60,612 nt of DNA, filler included, from 8 parts of 8 records of this genome joined end to end with filler, not necessarily neighbours in it, one strand, 5' to 3'. Shown: positions 41,094-52,156, counted from the first letter of the whole stretch. Numbers and translations are program-made. The notes: generated by a model not told the origin, from the sequence alone.

Positions 41094-42426
41094 GCGTCAG
41101 TCCCTCGACCAGCAGCGAGGGCACCACGTGGCTCAGATGGGTGCGGGCGTCATTGGCGGGCACGATCGTGCGCAGCATGTCGCGCAGGTTGCCCGCAACG
41201 GTGCATTCGTTGACCGGGTAGGCCAGTTCGCCGTTTTCCACCCAGAAACCGGACGCGCCACGGGAATAGTCGCCGGTGTTGGGGTTGATCGAACTGCCGA
41301 TCATCGAGGTGATCAGCAGGCCGGTTCCCATGTCGCGCAGCAGATCCTCGCGGCTGGCAGTGCCCTGCGTCAGCGCCACGTTGGAGACAGAGGGCGACGG
41401 CGGAGACGAGGTTCCGCGCGCGGCGTTCCCCGTCGATTGCAGGCCCAGTTTGCGCGCGGTGGCTAGGTCCAGGGTCCAGCCGGTCAGCGTGCCCATATCG
41501 ACGATGGCACGCTCGGACGTTGGCAGGCCTTCGGCGTCAAACGGGCGCGACCCGCTGGCGCGCGGGCGCAGCGGTTGTTCAATCAGCGACAGCCCCTCGG
41601 GCAACACCTGCGTGCCAAGCGCATCGCGCAGCCAGGACGCGCCGCGCGCGATAGCTGAGCCATTGGCGGCTTGCAGCAGGTGACCGATCAGCGAGGATGA
41701 GACCCGTTCATCAAACAGCACCGGGAAGGCCCCGGTTGCGGGTTTGCGCGCGCCCTTGCGGGCGACGGTGCGTTCGGCGGCGATGCGACCGATGTCAACC
41801 GGGGCCATCATGTCGGCGCGGTGCATCCGCATGTCGCCGTAATAGTCGCGCTCCATCTCCAGCCCCTCGCCGGTGATGGCGACGCAGGACAGGCCGTGAT
41901 CGGTGCGGGTGTAGCCGCCGGAAAACCCGTTCGTCGCGGCGATGTGGCGGGTGCGGCGGCCATAGCCGGCACTGGTGGATTGCACCTGGCTAACGCCATC
42001 CACGGCCAGCGCGGCGGCCTCGGCTTCCAGCGCGCGCGCCTCCAGATCGGCGGGATCGGGTTCTGCTGCGGGGTCGATCATATCAAGCGCGGCAATGTCC
42101 CAGTTCTGGGCCAGCTGCGACGGGTCGGCAAGGCCGATGGTCGGATCCTCTGGGGCAAGCAGGGCCATGGCGACGGCGCGCTCTGCCATTTCCTGCATGG
42201 TTTCGGGGCGGATGTCCGAGGCGGACACACAGGCTTGCCGCTGCCCCATCAGAACCCGCAAACCAATTTCCACGCCATCAGACCGTTCGGCATGTTCCAG
42301 CGCGCCATTCAGCACATCAATGGATAGCGACGTACCCTGCACCGCAATCGCATCCGCCGCATCGGCCCCGGCTTTGCGGGCAGCGTCCAGAAGGGCATGG
42401 GCGAGGGTCTCGGGGGTCTGCGTCAT
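41080..42426 (-). CDS. pmbA: TldD/PmbA family protein (PmbA-like)
   Basis: SRPFDAEG, TGNA, NTGDYSRGASGFWVENG. Confidence 0.88.
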   Translation of the reverse strand: MTQTPETLAHALLDAARKAGADAADAIAVQGTSLSIDVLNGALEHAERSDGVEIGLRVLMGQRQACVSASDIRPETMQEMAERAVAMALLAPEDPTIGLADPSQLAQNWDIAALDMIDPAAEPDPADLEARALEAEAAALAVDGVSQVQSTSAGYGRRTRHIAATNGFSGGYTRTDHGLSCVAITGEGLEMERDYYGDMRMHRADMMAPVDIGRIAAERTVARKGARKPATGAFPVLFDERVSSSLIGHLLQAANGSAIARGASWLRDALGTQVLPEGLSLIEQPLRPRASGSRPFDAEGLPTSERAIVDMGTLTGWTLDLATARKLGLQSTGNAARGTSSPPSPSVSNVALTQGTASREDLLRDMGTGLLITSMIGSSINPNTGDYSRGASGFWVENGELAYPVNECTVAGNLRDMLRTIVPANDARTHLSHVVPSLLVEGLTLAGA

Positions 42427-42552
42427 GGGCCGGTATCCTGTTAAAGAACTGACTTCGAGACCTAGTGCCCTGATGTCGGGCGCGCAAGGTGGCAAGAAAA
42501 AACCCCCGGACCGCGGCAGGCAGCCCGAGGGTGTATTTTTGCAGTGTCGCGC

Positions 42553-44163
42553 TTATTGCAGCGGCACGCCGTTCGCGGTGATTCCACCGCCCGGCAGGAA
42601 CTCGATGGTCGAGGTGTAGCTGTCCGGACCGGCGCCCGGAATGGCGAACATACCCAGCATCCCTTGCGCCATGCCGGCCTGCGGGGCTGGCAGAAGACCG
42701 CCTTGGGACAGTGATTGGATCAGGGAATTCGCGCCGGTCAGGCTAAGGTCGACCGAGCCAACCGGCATCGGAACCATCTGGCCGGGGGCGAAGTCGACAT
42801 CGCCCGATCCGGTCAGCTCGGCCCCACCGAAGGACACTTGCAGGTTGTTCAGCGTCAGATCCCGCAGCTCACCCGGAGGGGCCATCAAGCTTTCCGGGTC
42901 GATCATCATCAGATCGACAAACAGCTGCACGGTGCCCGACAGGTCAACGATGACCGTTGCGGGCGTGCGCGGAATGGCCTGACCCGGATCGACCATCGCC
43001 CAAAGCGATTCTTCCACCGCGACGCCCTGATAGGCAATCGAGGCCGAGAACGGCGACGGGGTGGCCGACTGTGCCAACGGCATGTCAATAGACAAGGCGG
43101 TTGAGTCCGCCGATGCAGCGACGGGGAAGGGCATTTCGTTTGTTGCGAGGTTGAGAGTCACACCCGTGGCCGCAAGCGCGTAGCGGATGTGTTCCTGTGA
43201 CACGCCAAAGCCGATCGACCCGCCGGTGTTCGATGCGGAGAAATCGACATTCTCGTAGGTGTCGACGAACATGAAGCCAGCCGAGGCAGAGCTGTAGCTG
43301 GCATCGCCGCTGATCGAGAAGCCTTCAGGGAAGGTGTCGATCGTCATCCAGTCGATACCGCGCGGCATGGTCCCTGTGCTGGTGCTGTTCATGTCGGTCA
43401 GCTGAATCATCATGTCGATATGACCATCACCACGACCGCCGGTCGGGGCGGGCATCGGTGTGGGTTGCGGCGCTGCGGGGGTTACGACCTTGCCCGGAGC
43501 GGGCAGGTTGGGCTGCGGCGTTGGCGTCGGGGCGGGTTCTGCACCGCTGGCAGGCTCGAACATCTCGACGTCGAAGGTCATGCCAGCCAATGTGCCGCTG
43601 GATGTGAAACCCAGAAGAGCAGGATTGGTGAAATCGTAGGTTGCGCTGCCCCCGTATCCGTCAAGGGAGATGTCAAAGATCATCTCGGGGATCTCGGAGG
43701 GATCGCCGCCGACAAACTCGACATCAACCACCGATGCCCGCTCGAACCCGCTGTTCAGTGTCAGAACTTCCGGGCTTCCCGACGCGAATCCGCCGAATCC
43801 TTGCAGGCTGATCCGAATGTTGATCGCATCGGGCGCATCCGCGTCGTCAAAGCCGGTGATCGAATATGTCATGGAATCAGCCGCGGAAATGATGACAGAT
43901 CCGTCCGCCTGATTGGTCAGCGTGACCTGTGGGATGGTGCCCGAGATCGACACCTCTTCGATCATCACGGTGTTGGTCACGTTCGAGAGTGTGAGCCCAC
44001 TGCCATTCGGGGTTGCCTGCGCTGTCAGGCTGTAGCCGAATTCGGCGGCCTGCTCTTGCCAGATCGCCCAAAGCTGATCGGCGTTGATATCGGCCATTGC
44101 AGGGCTGGCTGCCAGCAAGGCGGCGGTAGACAGGCTGAGCGAAAGGGATTTCATCTTTGACAT
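42553..44163 (-). CDS. Exported DUF2125-like protein
   Basis: Signal peptide; LWAMVDPGQAIPRTPATVIVDLSG and C-terminal ITANGVPL typical of Rhodobacteraceae DUF2125. Confidence 0.7.
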   Translation of the reverse strand: MSKMKSLSLSLSTAALLAASPAMADINADQLWAIWQEQAAEFGYSLTAQATPNGSGLTLSNVTNTVMIEEVSISGTIPQVTLTNQADGSVIISAADSMTYSITGFDDADAPDAINIRISLQGFGGFASGSPEVLTLNSGFERASVVDVEFVGGDPSEIPEMIFDISLDGYGGSATYDFTNPALLGFTSSGTLAGMTFDVEMFEPASGAEPAPTPTPQPNLPAPGKVVTPAAPQPTPMPAPTGGRGDGHIDMMIQLTDMNSTSTGTMPRGIDWMTIDTFPEGFSISGDASYSSASAGFMFVDTYENVDFSASNTGGSIGFGVSQEHIRYALAATGVTLNLATNEMPFPVAASADSTALSIDMPLAQSATPSPFSASIAYQGVAVEESLWAMVDPGQAIPRTPATVIVDLSGTVQLFVDLMMIDPESLMAPPGELRDLTLNNLQVSFGGAELTGSGDVDFAPGQMVPMPVGSVDLSLTGANSLIQSLSQGGLLPAPQAGMAQGMLGMFAIPGAGPDSYTSTIEFLPGGGITANGVPLQ

Positions 44164-44279
44164 AACGACCTTCCAAATGTGAATTGCTGATAAGAATGTC
44201 CGCCTCGCGAAGGCGGGCGTCAAGGTCTGGATAATATGACCTTCGAATGCAACAGATTTTTCGGCGGGAGATGGCGCAA

Positions 44280-45035
44280 ATGGGCAGCTTGGACAACAAA
44301 GTGGTGATGATCACAGGGGCAAGCCGGGGGATCGGCGAAGCGGCTGCGCGGCTTTTTGCCGAAGAGGGCGCAAAGGTTTGCCTGCTGGCGAGATCCCGTG
44401 ACGAGATTACGCAGATCGCCGGAGAGATTGGCGATGCGGCCCTGGCGATCCCCTGCGACGTCAGCCGCTATCAGGAGGTCGAGGCCGCCGTGACAGCCTG
44501 TGTTAAGGCTTTCGGCGGGCTTGATATCCTGATCAACAATGCGGGCGTGATCGAGCCGATCTCTGACATGGCGGGTTCTGACCCTGATGCATGGGGGCAT
44601 GTCATAGATATCAACCTGAAGGGTGTTTACTATGGCATGCGCGCGGCGATGCCGGTCATGGCGGCGGGCGGCGGCGGGTCCATCCTGACCATCAGTTCGG
44701 GTGCCGCCCATAACGCTCTGGAAGGCTGGAGCCACTATTGCACCTCGAAGGCGGGTGTCGCGATGCTGACCAAATGCGCCCACAAGGAAGGGGCGGCGCA
44801 AGGTATTCGGGCCATCGGCCTGTCGCCGGGCACGGTCGCCACCAAGATGCAGCGTGAAATCAAGGCCAGCGGCGTGAACCCGGTCAGCGAGCTGAACTGG
44901 GAGGATCACATTCCGGCGGATTGGCCCGCGAAATGCCTGCTATGGATGTGCGGATCGGATGCGGATGCGTTCATGGGCGAAGAGATATCCTTGCGGGATG
45001 AAAGCATTCGCCGCCGGATCGGGGTGATTGCGTGA
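44280..45035 (+). CDS. Short-chain dehydrogenase/reductase
   Basis: TGASRGIG, NNAG, YCTSK. Confidence 0.95.
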   Translation: MGSLDNKVVMITGASRGIGEAAARLFAEEGAKVCLLARSRDEITQIAGEIGDAALAIPCDVSRYQEVEAAVTACVKAFGGLDILINNAGVIEPISDMAGSDPDAWGHVIDINLKGVYYGMRAAMPVMAAGGGGSILTISSGAAHNALEGWSHYCTSKAGVAMLTKCAHKEGAAQGIRAIGLSPGTVATKMQREIKASGVNPVSELNWEDHIPADWPAKCLLWMCGSDADAFMGEEISLRDESIRRRIGVIA

Positions 45036-45652
45036 TTGATCTGACCAAGGATGGCGGGCTGTGGACCGTCACGCTGAACCGACCCGATAAGGCCAATTCC
45101 CTGACAGCCGAGATGCTGGAGCGATTGGCAGAGATCGTAGAGGCCGGTGCCGGAGACGACAGCCTGCGCGCCCTTGTGCTGACCGGTGCAGGCGACCGGG
45201 TGTTTTCCGCAGGTGCCGATCTGGACGCGGCAAAAGCGGGCTTGGCTGTGTCACCGCTTTGGGAACGGGTTTCGGGCGCGATTGCCGAACTGCCTTGTGT
45301 GACCATCGCGGCCCTGAACGGAACGCTTGCGGGCGGGGCCTTTGGCATGGCGCTGGCTTGTGACATCCGCATTGCCGTGCCGGGGGCGAAGTTCTTTTAC
45401 CCCGTGGCACGGCTTGGCTATCTGCCGCAGCCATCCGATCCGGGGCGTCTTGTGTCCCTGTTGGGGCCTGCCCGCGCCAAGATGATCCTGTTGGCCAGTC
45501 AGAAGATTGCGGCGGATGAGGCGCTTGCGTGGGGGCTGGTAGAGCGTGTGGTTGCGGCGGAAGACCTGATCGGGGTGGCGCGGGAACTGGCACAGGCCTC
45601 ATTGGACGGAAAACCGGAGGTGTTGCGCCAGATCAAGGCGATGTGCGGATGA
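45032..45652 (+). CDS. Enoyl-CoA hydratase/isomerase family protein
   Basis: LNRPDKAN, FSAGADL, GGAFGMALACD. Confidence 0.9.
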   Translation: MIDLTKDGGLWTVTLNRPDKANSLTAEMLERLAEIVEAGAGDDSLRALVLTGAGDRVFSAGADLDAAKAGLAVSPLWERVSGAIAELPCVTIAALNGTLAGGAFGMALACDIRIAVPGAKFFYPVARLGYLPQPSDPGRLVSLLGPARAKMILLASQKIAADEALAWGLVERVVAAEDLIGVARELAQASLDGKPEVLRQIKAMCG

Positions 45653-45660
45653 TCTGACCG

Positions 45661-45693
45661 GTTTCGCCGCCTTCGGCGTCGACCCGCGCGGCC
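45661..45693 (+). repeat. REP-like palindrome, copy 3
   Basis: gtttcgccgccttcggcgtcgacccg, 8 nt after a stop codon, at the contig end. Confidence 0.7.
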
Positions 45694-45793
45694 NNNNNNN
45701 NNNNNNNNNNNNNNNNNNNNNNNNNNNNNNNNNNNNNTTAATTAATTAANNNNNNNNNNNNNNNNNNNNNNNNNNNNNNNNNNNNNNNNNNNN

Positions 45794-46066
45794 GAGGCGC
45801 ATCGCGATGTCTATGAAAAAGAGATCGAGGCCTTTGCCACGGTCTTTACCATGGTGTCCTATCAGAAGATCGGGACCAGTGCCGTGCAAAGCCGCGCCAC
45901 GGGGGGCGTTGCGAACGGAACATATCTCTTTGCGCTGCCCGGCTCGTCCGGCGCGTGCAAGGATGCCTGGGACGAAATTCTGCGCTGGCAGCTGGATTAC
46001 CGGCACCTGCCCTGCAACTTCGTCGAAATTTTTCCGCGTTTGGACGAACACAAGCGACGGAAATGA
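45794..46066 (+). CDS. moaB: Molybdenum cofactor biosynthesis protein B, C-terminal part
   Basis: IGTSAVQSRA, LPGSSGACKDAWDEIL, PCNFVE. Confidence 0.92.
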   Translation, partial: EAHRDVYEKEIEAFATVFTMVSYQKIGTSAVQSRATGGVANGTYLFALPGSSGACKDAWDEILRWQLDYRHLPCNFVEIFPRLDEHKRRK

Positions 46067-46151
46067 TCTGTTTGCCCGTGTCAGCTAATGCTTGGCGGTT
46101 TCGCGCTGCCGCTCTATCTAGCTAGACAGGACGTCCAAAAGGCCACGGCCC

Positions 46152-47618
46152 ATGCGCTTTTTCCGCCGCTCCCTTGCGGGGCTTTTCCTCATTTCGCTCA
46201 CGCTAGGGCTGTTTGCCTGGGCGGGGTACACGATTTATGCGTCGTTACAGGAAAGATGGGCCCAGGAAGGCCGCCCTTCGATCGCGCGCGAAAGGGTGTT
46301 TTCGGCCGAGGTCGTGACGCTTAGCTTGCAGGACGTTTCGCCGGTGCTGACCGCCTTTGGCGAGATCAACAGCCGCCGCACGCTGGAATTGCGGGCCCCT
46401 GCGGCGGGGACGGTTCTGGAACTGGCGGATGGGGTTGAAAATGGCGGCGAGGTGGCTGCCGGGGCGCTGCTGCTGCGCATAGATCCGGCAGAGGCGCAAT
46501 CGGCGCTGGATGTGACCGCAACGGATTTGCGAGAGGCGGAGAACACTTTGGCGGAATCCGAGGCCGCCGTGGAACTGGCCCGCGAGGATGTGGACGCCGC
46601 CCGCGCGCAGGCGGAATTGCGGGACCGGGCCTTGGTACGCCAACAGGATTTGCTGGAACGCGGCGTGGGGTCGGCGGCGACTGTGGAAACGGCAGAACTG
46701 GCAGCGGCCAGTGCGCATCAGGCGGTGCTGTCGCGCAGGCAGGCCCTTGCACAGGCCGAGGCGCAGCTGGATCAGGCGGGCACTGCGCTGGAGCGCCGCC
46801 GGATTGCTCTGGCCGAGGCGGAACGGGTGCTGGCGGAAACCGAGCTGCGCGCGGAGTTCGCGGGCGTTCTGGCCGATGTGACCGTCGTTCAGGGCGGGCT
46901 GGTCAACCGCAACGAACAGGTGGCGACGCTGATCGACGCGCAGGCGCTGGAGGTCTCGTTCCGTGTTTCGACCGCGCAATATGCGCGGCTGTTGGACGAG
47001 GCGGGCCGCTTGCCGCAAGCTGACGTCGCCGTGGTGCTGGATGTGCTGGGGGTGGATATTACCGCCCCCGCCCGCCTGACCCGCGAAAGCGGCGCGGTGG
47101 AGGAAGGCCAGTCGGGCCGCTTGCTGTTTGCCGAAATGCTGGAAACGCGCGGCTTCCGGGCCGGGGATTTCGTGACTGTGCGCTTGCAGGAGCCGCAGTT
47201 GCAGCAGGTTGCCGTGTTGCCCGCTACCGCGCTGGATGCCGAGGGGCGCGTTTTGATCCTTGGCGAAGAGGACCGCCTTGAAGAAGTGCAGGTCACCCTG
47301 CTGCGCCGTCAGGGTGACAACGTGATCATCCGCGCGCCGCCGCATCTGGAAGGGGCCGAGGTGGTCACCGCCCGATCACCTGCGCTGGGGGCTGGCATTC
47401 GCGTGAACCCGCTGCGTCCCGTGGTGGAAGGGGCCGAGGTCCCGGCGGAACCCGACACGATTGCGCTGGACCCCGAACGCCGCGCGCGGCTGATTGCCTT
47501 TGTCGAAGGCAACGGCTTTATCCCCGCCGACGTCAAGGAACGGATGTTGCGGCAGTTGCGCGAAGACGAGGTGCCGCTGCGCATGGTCAACCGTCTTGAA
47601 AGCCGGATGGACGGATGA
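46152..47618 (+). CDS. RND efflux periplasmic adaptor subunit
   Basis: N-terminal TM, lipoyl half-motifs flanking a long coiled coil. Confidence 0.9.
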   Translation: MRFFRRSLAGLFLISLTLGLFAWAGYTIYASLQERWAQEGRPSIARERVFSAEVVTLSLQDVSPVLTAFGEINSRRTLELRAPAAGTVLELADGVENGGEVAAGALLLRIDPAEAQSALDVTATDLREAENTLAESEAAVELAREDVDAARAQAELRDRALVRQQDLLERGVGSAATVETAELAAASAHQAVLSRRQALAQAEAQLDQAGTALERRRIALAEAERVLAETELRAEFAGVLADVTVVQGGLVNRNEQVATLIDAQALEVSFRVSTAQYARLLDEAGRLPQADVAVVLDVLGVDITAPARLTRESGAVEEGQSGRLLFAEMLETRGFRAGDFVTVRLQEPQLQQVAVLPATALDAEGRVLILGEEDRLEEVQVTLLRRQGDNVIIRAPPHLEGAEVVTARSPALGAGIRVNPLRPVVEGAEVPAEPDTIALDPERRARLIAFVEGNGFIPADVKERMLRQLREDEVPLRMVNRLESRMDG

Positions 47619-50600
47619 GACGGCTGCCGGACAGCGCCGGGGGAATCCTCTCGTACTTCACGCGTCACGCGACGGCGGCGAACCTGCTGCTTGTCATCCT
47701 GATAGTGGTTGGCTTGGCGGTGTTCCCGCGAATGAGGGCGCAGTTCTTTCCCGATGTGGTGGTCGATAATGTCAGCGTCTCCGTCACCTGGGACGGGGCC
47801 GGGGCGGAGGATGTGGATCAGGCCATTGTCGCGGTGCTGGAGCCAGTGCTGCTGGCCGTTGAGGGCGTGACCGAAAGCAGCGCCACCAGCCGCGAGGGGC
47901 GGGCCACGATCCGGCTGGAATTCGAGCCAAGCTGGGATATGGGCCGCGCCGCCGATGACGTGCAGGTTGCGGTCGACAGTGTCTCGACCCTGCCGGAGGA
48001 TGCCGACGATCCGGTGGTCCGGCGCGGTGTCTGGCGCGACCGGGTGACCGATGTGGTGATCTCGGGGCCCGTTGGCGTCGATCAGCTGGGGCGCTTTGCC
48101 GATGAATTCGTCGCGCGGCTGTTTGATCAGGGTGTGACACGCACCACGATCCGGGGCGTCGCCGCGCCCGAGATCGTGGTCGAAGTGCCGTCGGCCGAAC
48201 TGATCCGCAACGATATTTCCATGGCCGAGATTGCCGCCGCCATCGAGGCAGAGGTCGATACCTCGCCCGCGGGCGACGTGACCGGGGCCAATGCCCGCGT
48301 GCGCACCGGTGTGGCGCGACGCTCGGCGGTGGATATTGCCGGGATCGTGCTGCGCTATAATGCCGACGGATCGGCACTGACCATCGGTGATGTCGCAAGT
48401 GTGAGCGAGGAAGGCATCGACCGGGAACGCGCCTATTTCGTGGGCGAGAACCCGGCGATTTCCATCCGCGTGGACAGGTCCGACCGGGGCGATGCCATCG
48501 GCATTCAACGCACGGTGGAAGAGGTCGCCGCCGAGATGGAGCTGACCCTGCCCGAGGGGGTAGAGATTCAGTTGATCCGCACCCGCGCCGAGGCCATCAC
48601 CGGCCGGCTCAATATCCTGATGGATAACGGGCTGATGGGGCTTGGGCTTGTGGTTTTGCTGCTGTTCCTGTTCCTGAATGCGCGCACCGCCTTCTGGGTG
48701 GCGGCGGGCATTCCGGTGGCGATGCTGTCGGCGATCACGCTGATGTATATCGCTGGGCTGACGATCAACATGATCTCGCTTTTCGCGCTGATCATCACGC
48801 TTGGGATCGTGGTGGATGACGCCATCGTTGTGGGTGAGCACGCCGATTTTCGGGCCCGACGGCTGGGAGAAACCCCGGTTCAAGCGGCAGAGAACGCCGC
48901 CCGGCGCATGGCGGCACCGGTGTTTTCGGCAACCATCACCACGGTTCTGGCCTTCGCCGGGCTGGTGGCCATCGGGGGGCGCTTTGGCGAGTTGATCGCC
49001 GATATTCCCTTCACCGTCATCGCCGTTCTGATGGCGAGCCTTGTGGAATGCTTTCTGATCCTGCCCAATCACATGGCCCATGCGCTGGCCCATTCCGACA
49101 AGCAGCACTGGTATGACTGGCCAAGCCGGGTGGTAAACCGGGGCTTCGGCTGGTTCCGCGATACGGTGTTCCGCCCGCTGATGCGGCTGGTGATCTGGGC
49201 GCGCTATCCGGTGCTGGCAGGGGTGATCCTGATTCTTGCCAGCCAGGTGGCGGTGTTCATTCGGGGCGATGTGACCTGGCGGTTCTTCAACTCGCCGGAA
49301 CAGGCGTCGGTGTCTGGCAATTTCGCCATGCTGGAAGGGGCCAGCCGCGATGACAGTCTGGAGATGATGCGCGAGATGCAGCGCGCCACCGCCGCTGTTG
49401 CCGCCCGCTACGAAGAGGAATACGGGCTAAGCCCGCTTTTGTTCGTGCTGGCAGAGGTCGGCGGGAATACCGGGTTTGGCCTGTCGATTGCCGACAACAA
49501 GGATGCGGACCTGCTGGGGTCCATCGCCATCGAGTTGATCGAGGCCGACCTGCGGCCCTATTCCAGCTTTCAGTTCGTGGCCGATTTGCAGGACGAGGTG
49601 CAGAACCACCCGTTGGCCGAGGCTGTCAGTTTCCGTGGCTGGCGCGGCGGGCCGGGGGGCGATGCGCTGGATATCCAGCTGTTCGGGGCAGAGGCAGAGG
49701 TTCTGAAATCCGCCGCGATGGCGATTCAGACCGCACTGGCCGCGTATCCGGAGGTGTCCGGGCTGGAAGACACGCTGGCCTATGACCGCGAGGAACTGGT
49801 CCTGGAACTGACTCCGCAGGGGCAGGCGCTGGGCTTTGACATCGGCTCGCTCGGGCGGGTGCTGCGCAATCGTCTGAACGGGGTCGAGGCCGCGACCTTC
49901 CCCTCGGGTGTGCGTACCGCCTCGATCCGGGTGGAACTGCCCGAGGATGAGTTGACCGCCGATTTCCTCGACCGAACCCTGCTGCGCACCGCGACTGGCG
50001 AGTACGTGCCGCTGGCCGATCTGGTGTCCGTCACCTCGCGCATCGGCTTTTCCACCATTGAACGGGAGAACGGACTGCGGCTGGTCTCGGTCACAGGCGA
50101 TCTGTCAGAGGACGACCCGGCCCGCGCCGAACAGGTGATGCAGGAGCTGCGAGAGGTGATCCTGCCGCAGATCGAGGCCGATTACGGGGTGGGCTACCGG
50201 CTGTCCGGGCTGGCAGAACAGGAAAGCGATTTCATGAACGACGCGATGCTGGGCTTCGGCCTGTGTCTTGTCGGAATTTATCTGGTGCTGGCGTGGATCT
50301 TTGCCAGCTGGACACGGCCAATCGTGGTGATGGCGATCATACCCTTCGGGCTGGTGGGGACGATTTATGGCCATGCAGCATGGGACGTGCCATTAAGCAT
50401 GTTCACGGTGGTCGGGTTGATCGGCATGACTGGGATCATCATCAACGATTCCATCGTGCTGATCACGACGGTCGACGACTACGCCCGCGACCGGGGGCTG
50501 GTGCCCGCGATTGTCGATGCGGTGGCGGACAGGCTGCGCCCGGTGCTGCTGACCACGCTGACGACGGTGCTGGGGCTGGCGCCGCTGCTCTATGAACGGT

Positions 50601-51019
50601 CCGCCGATGCGCAGTTCCTGAAACCCACGGTGATCACGCTGGTCTACGGGCTTGGCTTCGGGCTCTTCATCGTGCTGCTGGTGGTGCCGTCCATTCTGGC
50701 GATGCAACAGGACGTGGCGCGGCAGATGCAGTCGCTGCGCCGGGGACTGAGAACAGCGGCCCGCGCGCCGCTGATGGCGGCGGGGGTGGGGCTGGCGGTT
50801 CTGGCTGTCGCTGCGGGTTTTGCCGCGACGCTTGGGGCTTTTGTGGTCACCGGGCAGGTCTGGGGGCCGCTGGCCGGGCTGGAGCCGTTGGAAGGTGCCC
50901 GCGGCGCGCTGTTCGGGTTTGTCGTGGCTGCGGCGGCGATCTGCCTGACGCTGTGGCTGTCGGGCCTTGCCATCGCGGGGATCATGGCGGTTCGACATCG
51001 CGCTAGGGTCCGCAGTTGA
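47615..51019 (+). CDS. RND efflux permease (AcrB/D/F family)
   Basis: GIVVDDAIVVGE, RLRPVLLTTLTT; extra C-terminal hydrophobic helices. Confidence 0.95.
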   Translation: MRRLPDSAGGILSYFTRHATAANLLLVILIVVGLAVFPRMRAQFFPDVVVDNVSVSVTWDGAGAEDVDQAIVAVLEPVLLAVEGVTESSATSREGRATIRLEFEPSWDMGRAADDVQVAVDSVSTLPEDADDPVVRRGVWRDRVTDVVISGPVGVDQLGRFADEFVARLFDQGVTRTTIRGVAAPEIVVEVPSAELIRNDISMAEIAAAIEAEVDTSPAGDVTGANARVRTGVARRSAVDIAGIVLRYNADGSALTIGDVASVSEEGIDRERAYFVGENPAISIRVDRSDRGDAIGIQRTVEEVAAEMELTLPEGVEIQLIRTRAEAITGRLNILMDNGLMGLGLVVLLLFLFLNARTAFWVAAGIPVAMLSAITLMYIAGLTINMISLFALIITLGIVVDDAIVVGEHADFRARRLGETPVQAAENAARRMAAPVFSATITTVLAFAGLVAIGGRFGELIADIPFTVIAVLMASLVECFLILPNHMAHALAHSDKQHWYDWPSRVVNRGFGWFRDTVFRPLMRLVIWARYPVLAGVILILASQVAVFIRGDVTWRFFNSPEQASVSGNFAMLEGASRDDSLEMMREMQRATAAVAARYEEEYGLSPLLFVLAEVGGNTGFGLSIADNKDADLLGSIAIELIEADLRPYSSFQFVADLQDEVQNHPLAEAVSFRGWRGGPGGDALDIQLFGAEAEVLKSAAMAIQTALAAYPEVSGLEDTLAYDREELVLELTPQGQALGFDIGSLGRVLRNRLNGVEAATFPSGVRTASIRVELPEDELTADFLDRTLLRTATGEYVPLADLVSVTSRIGFSTIERENGLRLVSVTGDLSEDDPARAEQVMQELREVILPQIEADYGVGYRLSGLAEQESDFMNDAMLGFGLCLVGIYLVLAWIFASWTRPIVVMAIIPFGLVGTIYGHAAWDVPLSMFTVVGLIGMTGIIINDSIVLITTVDDYARDRGLVPAIVDAVADRLRPVLLTTLTTVLGLAPLLYERSADAQFLKPTVITLVYGLGFGLFIVLLVVPSILAMQQDVARQMQSLRRGLRTAARAPLMAAGVGLAVLAVAAGFAATLGAFVVTGQVWGPLAGLEPLEGARGALFGFVVAAAAICLTLWLSGLAIAGIMAVRHRARVRS

Positions 51020-51228
51020 TGCCAGCGCGCATTGCGGCGCTTCGTTCAGTAGAGGCTTCGCAAAACAATTGAAACGTAATGCCACGGGGCAAGCCTACAC
51101 GAAAGAGACCGGCATTCTTCTTAAGAAAGGCTGCGTGGGCACTGTGCCGCGAATATCAAGACGTTGGGTGGATTCGAAATCTGTCGTGCCCGCGCCGACT
51201 TGGTCGTTGAACATTCAGGAAAGGTCTT

Positions 51229-52056
51229 ATGGCAACGTATAGTGTAGTGGGTTTTTATACATATTCTGGAACAAGCGGCGTTGTTTCCTCTCTTGGATTT
51301 ACATCCGACCCCGGTACGCTCGGTGACACAGAGGGGGATGCGACTTTCGAAATTGGCGACTCCGAGATGTTTCTGACCGAGGGCGCAACCACATTCTCTG
51401 GGTCTGTCGACCTTCCTTTGGCCGCTGGTGGGTCATTGCGTGTGCCCGTTGTTCAGGACAAAGAAACTTACGTTTTTATCCCTGCTGGTTTTAGCCCAAC
51501 GGACTTCAATGTTCCGGCCACACTTGACCTTTCGACCTTGAACACGACGGACTTCCCGACCTGCTTCCTTGGCGGCAGCCTGATCGCCACGCCCGATGGC
51601 GAGCGCGTGGTCGAGGATCTGGCGATTGGCGACGCGGTACTGACCGAGGATGGGCGCGCGGTGGCTGTCAGGTGGATTGGCAAGCAAACGGTGTTTACCG
51701 CCTTCGGCCCTGCCGAACTGCTGATGCCGGTGCGCTTTGTTGCCGGATCGCTGGGCGAGGGTCTGCCTCATACGGACCTGACCGTGACCTCTGACCACGC
51801 GATGCTGATCGACGGTGTGCTCTGCCACGCAGGCGCGCTCGTGAACGGTGAGACCATCACCCGCGTACCGCTGTCCGAGATGGGCGAGACCTATACCGTC
51901 TACCACATCGAGACAGAGGAACATGAAATCATCCTCGCCAATGGCGCCCCGGCGGAGACCTTCATCGACGACGTCTCGCGCCGGGCTTTTGACAATTTCG
52001 CCGAATTCGAAGCACTTTATGGCGATGTGCCCGAGATGGACGAACTGGACTATCCA
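51229..52056 (+). CDS. Hint-domain (Hedgehog/intein-like) protein, C-terminus truncated
   Basis: CFLGGSLIATPDGERVVEDLAIGD, DLTVTSDHAM, YHIETEEHEIILANGAPAETF. Confidence 0.92.
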
Positions 52057-52156
52057 NNNNNNNNNNNNNNNNNNNNNNNNNNNNNNNNNNNNNNNNNNNN
52101 TTAATTAATTAANNNNNNNNNNNNNNNNNNNNNNNNNNNNNNNNNNNNNNNNNNNN

